This document shows, piece by piece, positions 43,985 to 53,925 of a DNA stretch of 64,000 nt (positions within the stretch are counted from its first letter, which is position 1; the number at the start of each line of letters is the position of its first letter). The stretch is from Anaerolineales bacterium. Its GTDB lineage: Bacteria > Chloroflexota > Anaerolineae > Anaerolineales > UBA4823. The translations under genes were made by a program, and so were the position numbers. The stretch spans positions 46,664 to 110,663 of the forward strand of contig JANXBJ010000007.1 of the NCBI GenBank assembly GCA_025057645.1, written 5' to 3'. The notes below the pieces were generated by a model, which was given only the letters and a program-made list of their open reading frames with translations, was not told the origin of the DNA and did no database searches.

Positions 43985-45205
43985 CTAAACCTCCTTTTGA
44001 TCAAAAATTTCGGCGTATACAAAAGGAAACAGAGCATAGAATAGCGCTGCTTCTTTCACTTTACGCAAGTTAACTTGGTCCTCGGGAGTATGCACGTATT
44101 GCTCCTCTTGAGGACCGAAACCCAAAGTGGGGATCCCAGCCCGGCCGGCAGAGTAGGTGCCATCGGTGCTAAAGCGCCAAATCCGAACCGGGGCTGCTCT
44201 TCCCCACAGAAGTTCGTAGGTGCGGCGCCCGGCTTGGACGAGCGGATGGCTTTCTTCGATCGTCCACCCCGGGAAGAAGGCCAAATCGTCTAGGCGCAAG
44301 CCGGTATGAGTGCGCACAGGTTGCACAGGAAGGCTCACTTTCGCTCCAAGTGGAGCGAGGGCTTCCTCATACTGTCTAAACAAGCCTTCGACAGTTTCAC
44401 CGGCCACTAGGCGGCGATCGATGGTGATCTCACACCATTCCGGGACGCTGTTAGGCGTATTGGGACTTCGAATTTGGGTGATTACTTGAGTACCTTGGCC
44501 AAGCAGCGGGTCAGAGGGCAAGTTTTGACCCATGGCCTCGACCCGCTCTATCACAGGGATCATTTTGAGAATAGCATTTTCTCCCTGCTCGGGCACGGAG
44601 GCATGAGCTGCTCTTCCCTTCGTAGTAATGCGAATCTCACATCGCCCGCGATGGCCGATACGGAGGGTGAGATCACTGGCTTCGGCAATGAGCACTGCGT
44701 CTGGCCGCAGTCCATCTCGCTCCACCAGCGAACGAAGCGCAAAACCCTCTGCCTCTTCTTCTAGGGTTGCGCCCATCGCAACCACCGTGCAAGGAGGCCT
44801 CAGATTCAAATGCCCAAGAATAGCCAAACCATAGACGATCGCAGCCACCCCGCCTTTGCAATCGGAGGCACCCAGACCATAAAGCGTCTCCCCCACTACT
44901 TGTCCTTCCAACGGAGGGAACGGATAGCTGCTTTCATCGCTAATTTCATTGGTATCTAGGTGGGCATCGTAAAGCAATAAAGGCCTGCCTTCCCCGATCT
45001 GACCGAGAGCATTGCCTGCTGTATCCATCCAGACTTTCTCGCAACCAATATGTCGCAGCTCTGTAAGGGTGCGCTCAACAGCCTCCGCCTCCTCGCCGGT
45101 ATAGGAACGAATGCGAATCAGGTCAACCAGAAAATTGACCATTTGCGGGTAAAGCTCCTCAGCAGCCCGTCTCAATTCATCCACGTAAGGATAACTACTC
45201 CCCAT
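43985..45205 (-). CDS. M20-family metallohydrolase, YgeY-like
   Basis: AHLDT, the GASDCKGG metal-binding block, the EEEAEG acid pair and IGHRG. 406 aa. It sits next to the YgeW-like gene, as ygeY does in E. coli. Confidence 0.75.
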   Translation of the reverse strand: MGSSYPYVDELRRAAEELYPQMVNFLVDLIRIRSYTGEEAEAVERTLTELRHIGCEKVWMDTAGNALGQIGEGRPLLLYDAHLDTNEISDESSYPFPPLEGQVVGETLYGLGASDCKGGVAAIVYGLAILGHLNLRPPCTVVAMGATLEEEAEGFALRSLVERDGLRPDAVLIAEASDLTLRIGHRGRCEIRITTKGRAAHASVPEQGENAILKMIPVIERVEAMGQNLPSDPLLGQGTQVITQIRSPNTPNSVPEWCEITIDRRLVAGETVEGLFRQYEEALAPLGAKVSLPVQPVRTHTGLRLDDLAFFPGWTIEESHPLVQAGRRTYELLWGRAAPVRIWRFSTDGTYSAGRAGIPTLGFGPQEEQYVHTPEDQVNLRKVKEAALFYALFPFVYAEIFDQKEV

Positions 45206-45208
45206 TTC

Positions 45209-46231
45209 TTAAGGCTCCCAATCGGCAAAGGCATCGACTACCGCTTTGATGTCGTCCATCATAGGGTACAAGATAGGACAGGTCACCCCGGCCTCAATAT
45301 ATTCCTTGACCTTGGCGCGGCATTCTTCAGTTGTCCCGACAGCCATCAGGTTGCGCACCACCTCATCCGGGATCACTGCGCTGGCGCGAATGTAGTCCTC
45401 CTCAGTAGCCGGCCAGCTCATCAAAGCTTGCACCTTTTCGAGCAATTCTTCGCTGACGCCCGAAGCCTTCATGATGTGAGGCTCGGTGGCTAGGTAGTAG
45501 GCCACTAATTTTTTGCCTTCAGCCATCGCTGCTGCCGGGTCTTCATCCGATAAAGAACACACCAACAACTCCGGGCGGTCGATGTCCTCCAACTTACGTC
45601 CGGCTCTTTCGGCACCCGCCTTAACCCGCTCTACTGCGCGACGGATATAGTCGGTTGAGACCACATAATTCAACACCACTCCATCGGCAATTTCACCAGC
45701 TAATTCAAGCATTTGATCTCCAGTAGCCCCAATATAGATGGGAATATCTCTAGGCGAGCGATCTCCAAAGGCCACATCTAAACGCACTCGATCGAGATGA
45801 ACAAACTCACCCTGATAGGTGACCTCTTCCATCGTAAACAATTGTCGTATAGCTTCGACATACTCGCGCATTGCTCTAAGCGGCTTAGTGCGCTTGACCC
45901 CCACGCGACTCGCAATCGGTTCCCACCACGCTCCCAGCCCGAGCATAACGCGGCTGCGCCCGTCCGCTTTTCCGGCCAACTCCCACATCGTGCTCCAAGT
46001 AGCCGCAATCACCGCTGGGTTACGCGTCCAAATCGGCAGCACTCCCGAGCCAATACGCAAGCGCTTCGTGCGCGCCAACAGAGCGCTCATCATGACAACA
46101 CAATCGCGCGCCAAACGGGTATCTGCTTGCCAGATCTCGCTAAATCCCCGTTCTTCCGCATATTGGGCCATTTCGAGTTCATATGAGATGTTATGCTTGT
46201 CCTGAAAATAGAGTGCCATCCGCTGTGCCAT
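45209..46231 (-). CDS. Luciferase-like (LLM) flavin- or F420-dependent oxidoreductase
   Basis: TIM-barrel LLM pattern (FSEIWQADT..., [14 protein letters not shown]). The start is set at ATG 46231, which has a GGAAGGA SD; the GTG at 46246 is the alternative. Confidence 0.75.
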   Translation of the reverse strand: MAQRMALYFQDKHNISYELEMAQYAEERGFSEIWQADTRLARDCVVMMSALLARTKRLRIGSGVLPIWTRNPAVIAATWSTMWELAGKADGRSRVMLGLGAWWEPIASRVGVKRTKPLRAMREYVEAIRQLFTMEEVTYQGEFVHLDRVRLDVAFGDRSPRDIPIYIGATGDQMLELAGEIADGVVLNYVVSTDYIRRAVERVKAGAERAGRKLEDIDRPELLVCSLSDEDPAAAMAEGKKLVAYYLATEPHIMKASGVSEELLEKVQALMSWPATEEDYIRASAVIPDEVVRNLMAVGTTEECRAKVKEYIEAGVTCPILYPMMDDIKAVVDAFADWEP

Positions 46232-46242
46232 ACTTTCCTTCC

Positions 46243-47616
46243 TCACAAATAGAGATTCAGGTCAACGACAGGGTATGCTACCCGTTGACCATATGCACGA
46301 ATTTCCGGTTTATACGTAGCGTCGATGATCACCTTAGTGTGCACGCCACGTTCGTTTGCGGTCGGATCCATCTCATGGCCCTGCGCGCCCTGAATGCGTA
46401 CAACATCTCTCCCCCAGTCCACTCGGTTGGTCAATGCCCAGTGGAGATCAGCCGGATCGTAAATATTGACATCCGGGTCGACAACAATCACCTTGGCGAT
46501 ATTGACATGGGCTGTAAAGGCTGCTAAGGCGACGTTTTTGGGTTCTCCGGGGTTGCTCTTTTCGAGCTGAATAACCGCCAAGAAGCCATTCCCATACGGA
46601 GGGATGTGCAAAGCGCGCACGTTTGGACTCACATGGCGAACAAAGCGCAGCAACAGCGGTTCACGCGGGAGAACGTTCCCGATATAGATATGCTCGTCCC
46701 AACCGGGCACGATCGTCTGATAAATAGGCCGATTGCGAAAACACACGGCGGTCACTTCAAAAACGGGTGAATCCCAAATTTCTCCATAGTAACCGTGAAA
46801 CTCGGCTAAAGGCCCTTCCGGGTGGCGTTTATGAGGAGGCAAATAACCCTCAATGACAATTTCCGCGTGATAGGGGATCAAAAGGTCAACCGTAACCCCC
46901 TTAGTGACCAGCACCCCTTCCCCACGCAGTGCTCCGGCGATGGCTAGCTCGTCTCCCTCGTATCGGGCCGCAGCGGCGATCATAATTGCCGGGTCGAGGC
47001 CGATGGCAACTGCAATGGGCAGCGGCTGATTCTGAGCTTGCTGGTGCTTATAGAACTGCATTACATGCCGCCACTCATTGACATTGAAGCCAAAAGTCCG
47101 CCGATCCAAAACTTGCATCCGATTGTAAGAAAGATTTCCCCGGCCGCTGACAGGGTCTCGGCTCACGGTTACCCCGCCTGTAATGAAGGCGCCTCCGTCA
47201 TATTGCCCGTGGATTGGGATAGGCAAATCGTAGAGATTGATTTGCTCTCCTGTCAATACGTTAGCTTGCCAAGGAGGAGCTTGTTCAGTTACCCTGGGCG
47301 CTATCCCTTGCGCCGGATCCAGAGCTCTGCCCATGCGCGCAGAAAGATCCTCAACTGAACACTCCAAAGCCAGTGCAGCCAAGCTCGGATTGACCAGTGC
47401 GTTCGTAAAAACGCCCCAAGGGTACAACTGCCCTTGCTGTGAGGGCGGACTGTCTCGTTTGATTTTCTCAAAGAAAATTGCATTGCCAAGGCGACGCGCC
47501 ACTGTTGCGGCGAGGTTCGCCAGTTCGTAATCCAGGTCGACATCTTTCCGGATGTGCAAGAGCCTCTGATTTTGTTCCAAGGTCTCAAGATAGCTTCGTA
47601 GATCGTATATTCCCAT
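46243..47616 (-). CDS. UbiD-family (prFMN-dependent) decarboxylase
   Basis: The start is trimmed to ATG 47616 ([33 protein letters not shown]...), a typical UbiD N-terminus. About 457 aa. Confidence 0.8.
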   Translation of the reverse strand: MGIYDLRSYLETLEQNQRLLHIRKDVDLDYELANLAATVARRLGNAIFFEKIKRDSPPSQQGQLYPWGVFTNALVNPSLAALALECSVEDLSARMGRALDPAQGIAPRVTEQAPPWQANVLTGEQINLYDLPIPIHGQYDGGAFITGGVTVSRDPVSGRGNLSYNRMQVLDRRTFGFNVNEWRHVMQFYKHQQAQNQPLPIAVAIGLDPAIMIAAAARYEGDELAIAGALRGEGVLVTKGVTVDLLIPYHAEIVIEGYLPPHKRHPEGPLAEFHGYYGEIWDSPVFEVTAVCFRNRPIYQTIVPGWDEHIYIGNVLPREPLLLRFVRHVSPNVRALHIPPYGNGFLAVIQLEKSNPGEPKNVALAAFTAHVNIAKVIVVDPDVNIYDPADLHWALTNRVDWGRDVVRIQGAQGHEMDPTANERGVHTKVIIDATYKPEIRAYGQRVAYPVVDLNLYL

Positions 47617-47648
47617 TGTTCTCGACCTCACACCTGAACATCTTGCGT

Positions 47649-48959
47649 TCAGTCCTCTAGACCGGCCTTCTGACGCAGCCACTTGAGCAACGCCGAGCCC
47701 TCTTTGATTAGGGTCTCCTCGTCAATGGTGAGGATTTTTCCGTCTCGGAGCACCCAGTCTCCTTCGATAAGCAAGCTTTCGACATTGCTGGCGCGTGCCG
47801 AAAGCACCAGTGCCGAGTCCAGATCATGAACAGGCGCTGTCCAGACCGTATCTAGGCGAAGAATAGCCAGATCGGCCGCCTCACCGCGCCTAAGACCGGG
47901 TTTCCCCCAGGCCACCTCCAATGCTAGACGAGGAGGAATCAAACTCGGTTTACAGTTAGCCGCCCGAGCCAGACAAAGCGCAAACTTCATAGTTTCAAAG
48001 CAATCCTGAACATCGTTGGAGGCCGGCCCGTCAGTCCCCAAACGCACCCGAATTCCCCGCTCGATAAAGTCGCCTAGCGGGGCTATCCCTGAACCTAGCA
48101 CCGCATTGCTAACCGGACAATGCACTACAAGCGCTTTTCGTTCGGCCAACAACTGAAGCTCAGGCTCTTGAACCCAAACCCCGTGGACAATTTGGATGTG
48201 CTCACCTAATATCCCCAAACTCTCAAGCCATTCGACCGGATGCTTCCGGTATTCATCCCAGGTGAGCTTTACTTCCTCTTGGGTTTCGCTAACATGGATA
48301 TGCGTAAAGGCTCCATACTGCAGCGCAAGCTGATGGGTGGCTTGGAGGGTCTCGGCAGAACAACGCCAGGGCGCCAACGGCCCGTTGGCAAACTTGACCC
48401 GCTGGTTCGCCTTGTTGTTGCTCAGCCATCGCTCGAGCTCTTCCATAACAGCCTTCGGGTTCTCGGCCCCGCTCCCCCGATCGGACCAAGCGCGGGCAAT
48501 CCAAACCCTCAAGCCACTCTGTTGCGCCGCTTTATAGACCTTTTCAGTAAAGGAGACATCGTGAGTGATCTTTTGGTGATCGACAACCAGTCCCGCTCCG
48601 CTACGAATGTTCTCCGCCAGCCCGAGCAGGGCAGCTACCTCGAGCACCTCCGGACTGAAGGCCTGTTGGAGCGGCCAAATGGCCTCTCTAAGCCAGCGCA
48701 GCAAAGGGCGATCCCCGACAAGCCCTCGCAAGAAGGTCTGGGAAAGATGCGTATGTCCGTTGATCCAGACAGGCGTAACTGCTCGGCTAGAGAGGTCAAG
48801 CACCTCAGCTCCATCCACTCTCTGCGGGGACAATGGGGAAGGGGAAATCTCCTCAATCACCCCTCCCTCGATCAGGAGGAAGGCTTCCTTCAGCCAGCCG
48901 GATGGCTCCATAGCAGGCTCAACGGCGATGGTAGCATGGATCAGGTATAGCTTTTCCAT
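47649..48959 (-). CDS. COG0402-type amidohydrolase (deaminase/chlorohydrolase family)
   Basis: The start is trimmed to ATG 48959. INGHTHLSQTFLRGLVGDRPLLRWL, HVSE and GTDGPASND motifs. It is a paralogue of 36948-38330. Confidence 0.8.
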   Translation of the reverse strand: MEKLYLIHATIAVEPAMEPSGWLKEAFLLIEGGVIEEISPSPLSPQRVDGAEVLDLSSRAVTPVWINGHTHLSQTFLRGLVGDRPLLRWLREAIWPLQQAFSPEVLEVAALLGLAENIRSGAGLVVDHQKITHDVSFTEKVYKAAQQSGLRVWIARAWSDRGSGAENPKAVMEELERWLSNNKANQRVKFANGPLAPWRCSAETLQATHQLALQYGAFTHIHVSETQEEVKLTWDEYRKHPVEWLESLGILGEHIQIVHGVWVQEPELQLLAERKALVVHCPVSNAVLGSGIAPLGDFIERGIRVRLGTDGPASNDVQDCFETMKFALCLARAANCKPSLIPPRLALEVAWGKPGLRRGEAADLAILRLDTVWTAPVHDLDSALVLSARASNVESLLIEGDWVLRDGKILTIDEETLIKEGSALLKWLRQKAGLED

Positions 48960-48987
48960 CCAAGACTGCTCTCTCAGCAAAGGAGCT

Positions 48988-51762
48988 TTATTCGAGACGT
49001 AATGGGAATCGAGTGAGGCGCCGGCCTGTGGCTTGGAAAACTGCATTGGCAATGGCAGGAGCAGTTGCCACGATAGGAGGCTCGGCCAAACCCTTTGCGC
49101 CAAAAGGCCCCTCGGGCTGAATGGTCGATAATAAATGCACCTCGATCTCTGGCACTTGGGTCGCCCGCGGAATCGTGTATTTGTTCAACTCCGGCTTCTC
49201 AGGATACCCATTCTTATACGTGAAGCCCTCGGTCAGGGCATAGCCCAGTCCCTGGACAATTGCACCGATCATTTGCCCCTTTGCGCCCTCGGGGTAGACG
49301 ATCATCCCCGCATCATGAGCTGCCCAAATATGGAGCACACGGATCTCCTTGGCCTTGAGGTTAACTTCTACTTCCGCCACCTGGGCACCATAGCAATAGG
49401 TGAAGTAGGGCTCCCCTTGTCCTTTTTCAAAATCCCAGTGGATTTGAGGGATTTGCCAATAACCCTCAACTGCCAGTTGGAAGCCCATCTTCAGGGCATG
49501 GGCTACAACCTCATCAAAAGTGGCTATTTCCTCGGTTCGAGGGTTCAAGAAGCGCTCGTCCAGACGTTGAACTTGCTCAGGCAAACAACCTAAGAGGTCA
49601 GCTGCTGCCAGATTGAGCAGATTGACCAATTTTTGGGCAGCAACTCGAACTGCATTGCCTCCCACGATGGTCGCACGCGAAGCCACAGTTGGGCCGGGCT
49701 CCGCTGCAGTCTGGGTATCTGGGCGCGGCATTCGGATGCGTTCTGGGCTAACTTGTAAAACCTCCGCTGCCAGCAAGGTAAAAACTGTGCGACTCCCTTG
49801 ACCATAGTCGGTCAAGCCGTGATTGATCACAATCGTGTGATCGGATTCGATGTGAATGCGCGCTGAAGCATAGTCCTTACCTTCGCCTCCTAAACCTGTG
49901 CCATGGAAGTAGCAAGCGACCCCGATCCCTCGCCGAATAAATTGGTCGGAGGGTTGCCGAGCATACTCCGCTCGCTTCGCATTCCAATCGCTCCTCTCCC
50001 GAACCCACCGGAGGCACTCCGCAATGTGGACGGGATGTCGAAGAATGTTTCCCGTAAACGCAGGCTTGCCTTGAACGATTAGGTTGCGCAAACGATACTC
50101 GATCGGATCCTCCCCGAAGCGATGGGCAAGATCGTCAATGAGAATTTCGCTCGCAGCACAAGCTTGCGGATTGCCAAATCCTCGAAAAGCCCCCGCATAG
50201 CCGTTGTTTGTATAGACGACATAGGTGTCTACTTTTGCTGCTTCATAGAGGTAACAACCTGCAACGTGCATTGTCGCCCGCCAAGAGGAGAGCGGGGTCA
50301 TCGAGGCATAAGCCCCACTATCCGCCCAAATTTGGGCTTGGGCCGCTCTCAGCCTCCCTTTCGCGTCCGTCCCCACTTTGAGATGGATCTCCATTCCTTC
50401 CCGCTTGTAGGAAGCCAACAGTGACTCTTTGCGGCTCAAAACGATACGCACAGGACGGCCGGTAATCAGAGCCAGCTTAGCGGCCTGAGCTGAAAGCTGA
50501 TACCCAATGTCGTCCTTCCCTCCAAACGAGCCTCCAACTGGGGGTTGAATCACCCGCACCAAGTTTGAGGGCAATCCCAGCACAGCAGCTGTATTCTCCC
50601 GGTTGATAAAGGGACTTTGATCGTTGGCATAAATTGTCACACCGCCGTCGGGCTCCGGGATAGCCAGTGCTCCCTCCGTCTCAAGATAAACGTGTTCCTG
50701 AGGGGCAAATTCAAAGCGGTGTTCAACAACATGAGCGCATTCACTCAGGATCGCCTCGGCATCTCCATTGCGCACGATATGGGTAACGCAAAGATTACTT
50801 CCCTTGCCGGCATTCTCTGGGATGATGACCGTCTCGGGTTTGAGCGCCTGGTGAACATCGGTCACCACTTCCAAAGGCTCAAACTCTACCTCGATTGCCT
50901 CAACCCCTTTTTTTGCAGCTTCCTCGGTTTCAGCAGCTACAGCCGCAATCGGATCCCCCACATAGCGCACCTTTTGATAAGCCAAGATGAAGGCATCTCG
51001 CACCGGCCACCCAAATTGGCCATTATCCACAAAGTCCTTGCTCGTGATCACCGCCTTTACCCCTTCAACTTCCAGAGCTGGTGCGGGGTTAAGGCGCACG
51101 ATGCGTGCATGGGGAAGGGGGCTTAAGAGCAGACGTGCATAGAGCATTCCCGGAACTCGTAAGTCCCCTACATAGCGAGCCCTTCCGGTGACCTTCTCGT
51201 AGCCATCAACGGGTTTGGCATCCAATTGATGGATATACCGATAGGGGGATTGGGGGCTCGGTTCGATGACCGGGGAGGGAGGTAGCCAGGGCAGGTTCTG
51301 GCGACGGTAGGCGGTCTCCTCGATGGCATCCACAATCTGCTGATAGCCCGTACAGCGACACAAAACCGAATTGATAGCCTTGCGGATCTCGTGACGAGTA
51401 GGCAAAGGCTTCTCGCGCAAGAGAGCCTCACCAGCCATGATCATTGCCGGAATACAGTAGCCGCACTGAACCGCACCGTGACGCACGAAAGCTTCTTGCA
51501 AGTCGGTCAAGCGCCCATCCTCAGCCAAACCTTCAATAGTCGTCACGGATGCGCCGTCAACTTCAACCGCCTTCGTCTGGCAGGACTTAACCAGTTGGTT
51601 ATCGACCCAAACCGAACACGTGCCGCAGGTGCCACTGCCACATCCCTCTTTGGTGCCGGTGAGACCGAACGTGTTTCGCAAAAGATGAAGCAAAGTGGTC
51701 TCGGGCTTGACCTCGCATTTCACTGGCTTTCCGTTTAGGGTAAACCCAACCGAGGGACTCAT
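48988..51762 (-). CDS. Fused [2Fe-2S] plus molybdopterin hydroxylase (XdhD / Mop-type xanthine dehydrogenase family)
   Basis: N-terminal CGSGTCGTC and CGYC...CRCTGY double [2Fe-2S] motifs, followed by an approximately 760-aa molybdopterin-binding portion. 924 aa. No FAD-subunit gene is adjacent. Confidence 0.85.
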   Translation of the reverse strand: MSPSVGFTLNGKPVKCEVKPETTLLHLLRNTFGLTGTKEGCGSGTCGTCSVWVDNQLVKSCQTKAVEVDGASVTTIEGLAEDGRLTDLQEAFVRHGAVQCGYCIPAMIMAGEALLREKPLPTRHEIRKAINSVLCRCTGYQQIVDAIEETAYRRQNLPWLPPSPVIEPSPQSPYRYIHQLDAKPVDGYEKVTGRARYVGDLRVPGMLYARLLLSPLPHARIVRLNPAPALEVEGVKAVITSKDFVDNGQFGWPVRDAFILAYQKVRYVGDPIAAVAAETEEAAKKGVEAIEVEFEPLEVVTDVHQALKPETVIIPENAGKGSNLCVTHIVRNGDAEAILSECAHVVEHRFEFAPQEHVYLETEGALAIPEPDGGVTIYANDQSPFINRENTAAVLGLPSNLVRVIQPPVGGSFGGKDDIGYQLSAQAAKLALITGRPVRIVLSRKESLLASYKREGMEIHLKVGTDAKGRLRAAQAQIWADSGAYASMTPLSSWRATMHVAGCYLYEAAKVDTYVVYTNNGYAGAFRGFGNPQACAASEILIDDLAHRFGEDPIEYRLRNLIVQGKPAFTGNILRHPVHIAECLRWVRERSDWNAKRAEYARQPSDQFIRRGIGVACYFHGTGLGGEGKDYASARIHIESDHTIVINHGLTDYGQGSRTVFTLLAAEVLQVSPERIRMPRPDTQTAAEPGPTVASRATIVGGNAVRVAAQKLVNLLNLAAADLLGCLPEQVQRLDERFLNPRTEEIATFDEVVAHALKMGFQLAVEGYWQIPQIHWDFEKGQGEPYFTYCYGAQVAEVEVNLKAKEIRVLHIWAAHDAGMIVYPEGAKGQMIGAIVQGLGYALTEGFTYKNGYPEKPELNKYTIPRATQVPEIEVHLLSTIQPEGPFGAKGLAEPPIVATAPAIANAVFQATGRRLTRFPLRLE

Positions 51763-51793
51763 AGCACTCTCAGCCTCCTCCTCAAGTTACGCT

Positions 51794-52534
51794 TTAGACT
51801 GCACTTCGGCCACCATCGATAAAGTACACCGCACCAGTAGCAAACTCATTTTCAATGAGAAAAGCAGCCAGCTGAGCCACATCGCTCGGCGAACCGATGC
51901 GCTTTAGCAGTGAGTTCTCAATCGCCCAACGTTTCTTCTCCTCGGTTGCGTTAGGGGGCAGCAGAACTGTGCCGGGTGCAATAGCATTGACCCGCACGTG
52001 AGGGGCAAGCTCTGCTGCCATTACTTTCGTCAGGGCAACCAAGCCCGCTTTGGAGGCGGAGTGATGAGCATACTCTCGCCATACTTGGAACGCCGAGAGA
52101 TCAGTGATATTCAAGATCACCCCTCTCTGCGCCTTGAGCATGTGAGGCGCAACGGCCTGAGAGCAGAGAAAGGGGCCCTTGAGGTTAACCTCTAACGCCA
52201 AGTCCCAGTCTTCTTCCGAGATCTCAAGAAACGGCGCCCGCAGCCATACCGAAGCGTTGTTGATCAAAACGTCAATCCTCGAAAAATGTTCGACACACTT
52301 TTGGATTGTTGTCCGCACCTGCGCTGCATCCCGCACCTCCAAGGGAAGAGCCAAGCAGCGAACTCCACACTGCTCGATTTCCGCTTTTGTCTCCTGCCAG
52401 GGCTCTTCGGCGAGATAATATGTGAAGGCAATGTGGGCTCCCTTTCTCGCCAAGTACAAAGCCACCTCGCGGCCAACTCGCGTAGCAGCCCCGGTGATCA
52501 AAACAACCGCCTCTTTGATCTCCATCTTCGCCAC
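51794..52534 (-). CDS. SDR oxidoreductase, FolM/PTR1-like (second copy)
   Basis: ITGAATRVGRE loop, NITD, HSASK in place of YxxxK, and VRVNAIAPG. It is a paralogue of 26702-27454. Confidence 0.65.
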   Translation of the reverse strand: MAKMEIKEAVVLITGAATRVGREVALYLARKGAHIAFTYYLAEEPWQETKAEIEQCGVRCLALPLEVRDAAQVRTTIQKCVEHFSRIDVLINNASVWLRAPFLEISEEDWDLALEVNLKGPFLCSQAVAPHMLKAQRGVILNITDLSAFQVWREYAHHSASKAGLVALTKVMAAELAPHVRVNAIAPGTVLLPPNATEEKKRWAIENSLLKRIGSPSDVAQLAAFLIENEFATGAVYFIDGGRSAV

Positions 52535-52575
52535 TTCCTCGTGCAGACGTTTTAGTTTTTCTCCCTAGTGCGTAC

Positions 52576-53925
52576 TCACCAGGCAAGCACAAACGGATTC
52601 TCGACCAACTGTTTGATACGCTGCAAGAAACGAGCAGCCGGAGCGCCATCTACCAAGCGATGGTCAAAAGAGAGACTCAAAGTAACTTGCTCGCGCAAAA
52701 CAAGCTGGCCCTCGCGAGCGACAGGCTTAGGGCGGATCTTGCCCACCCCGAGGATCGCCGTCTGAGGAGGATTGAGCAAAGGAGTAAAGCCATCAATATC
52801 ATAAGCACCCAAGTTAGTGATGGTAAATGTCCCTCCTTCAAGGTCCTCGGGCGTGCTACGATTGTTCAGGGCACGCTCAACCTTTTCAAGAAGCTCATAG
52901 TGGATTTGGCGCAAGCTTTTTCGCTGCACTTGGTGAATGACGGGGACGGTCAACCCCCGTTCGGTGTCAACTGCCAGGGCGATATTAATATCCTCAGGGT
53001 AAAGGATTTTATCCCCTTCGAGGTATGCGTTTAGCGCAGGATGTTCGACTAGGGCGATGGCACAGAGTTTGATCAACAAGGCATTATAGGAGACTTTCTG
53101 CCCCTCATTGCTCAAGACCTGATTGATCTGCTGCCGCGCCTGAACTAGATTGACCGCATCGACCTCGGTAAAGAGCGTGACTTGGGGGCGCTCCCGCCAA
53201 CTCTGAGCCAAGCGCTCAGCAATGACCGCTCGAAAACCACTCAGCGGCTGCTGTCTGATCGGTTTCGCCTCCGCCACAGCAACCCGGCGTTCGGCCAAAG
53301 CTCTCTCAACATCCTGACGTGTCACCCGCCCTTGGAGGCCGCTTCCCTTAACCAACGAAAGGTCGAGCCCGGCCTCTGCAGCCACCCGCTCAGCTACAGG
53401 CGTTGCGCGTCTCTTCAAGGTCGTGGCCTCCCGTTGCACGTCCCTTGCGATTATCATCCCTCGAATGCCGCTCCCCCTAACACTGCTTAGTTCCACCCCA
53501 AGCTCACGCGCCAGCCGCCGCGCTTTCGGGGTTGCAGCAATTCTTCCCCGCTCAACCGAAAACTTCGATTCGACAGATAGAGGAACTCCCTCACTGCGCT
53601 TTCCGTCTTCGCCCTCCGCAACCACAGCAATGCCCTGTGCTGGCGCGGCCGAAGGAGGGCTGGCCGCAATCGGCTTCGGAGAAAGTTCCCCAATCACGGT
53701 GAGCACAGGAAGGGTAACGCCTGTCGGTGCAAGGATATGCAAATAACCCGAGGCCGGGGATTCGATGTCGACCACCGACTTCTCGTTCTCCAGAGCAAAA
53801 AGTGGCTCCCCCTTGTTGACCCAATCGCCTTCCTTGAAGTACCACTCCACTATTCTCGCTTCAACCATTGTCAATCCTAAACGTGGGATGACAATCGGGT
53901 AAGCCTCCTCGGTTGAGTTAGTCAT
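52576..53925 (-). CDS. Dihydrolipoamide acyltransferase (E2) of a 2-oxoacid dehydrogenase complex
   Basis: The start is trimmed to ATG 53925. Lipoyl domain (LENEKSVVDIESPASG), a peripheral-subunit-binding domain, and the catalytic SLSFDHRLVDG motif. Confidence 0.85.
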   Translation of the reverse strand: MTNSTEEAYPIVIPRLGLTMVEARIVEWYFKEGDWVNKGEPLFALENEKSVVDIESPASGYLHILAPTGVTLPVLTVIGELSPKPIAASPPSAAPAQGIAVVAEGEDGKRSEGVPLSVESKFSVERGRIAATPKARRLARELGVELSSVRGSGIRGMIIARDVQREATTLKRRATPVAERVAAEAGLDLSLVKGSGLQGRVTRQDVERALAERRVAVAEAKPIRQQPLSGFRAVIAERLAQSWRERPQVTLFTEVDAVNLVQARQQINQVLSNEGQKVSYNALLIKLCAIALVEHPALNAYLEGDKILYPEDINIALAVDTERGLTVPVIHQVQRKSLRQIHYELLEKVERALNNRSTPEDLEGGTFTITNLGAYDIDGFTPLLNPPQTAILGVGKIRPKPVAREGQLVLREQVTLSLSFDHRLVDGAPAARFLQRIKQLVENPFVLAW

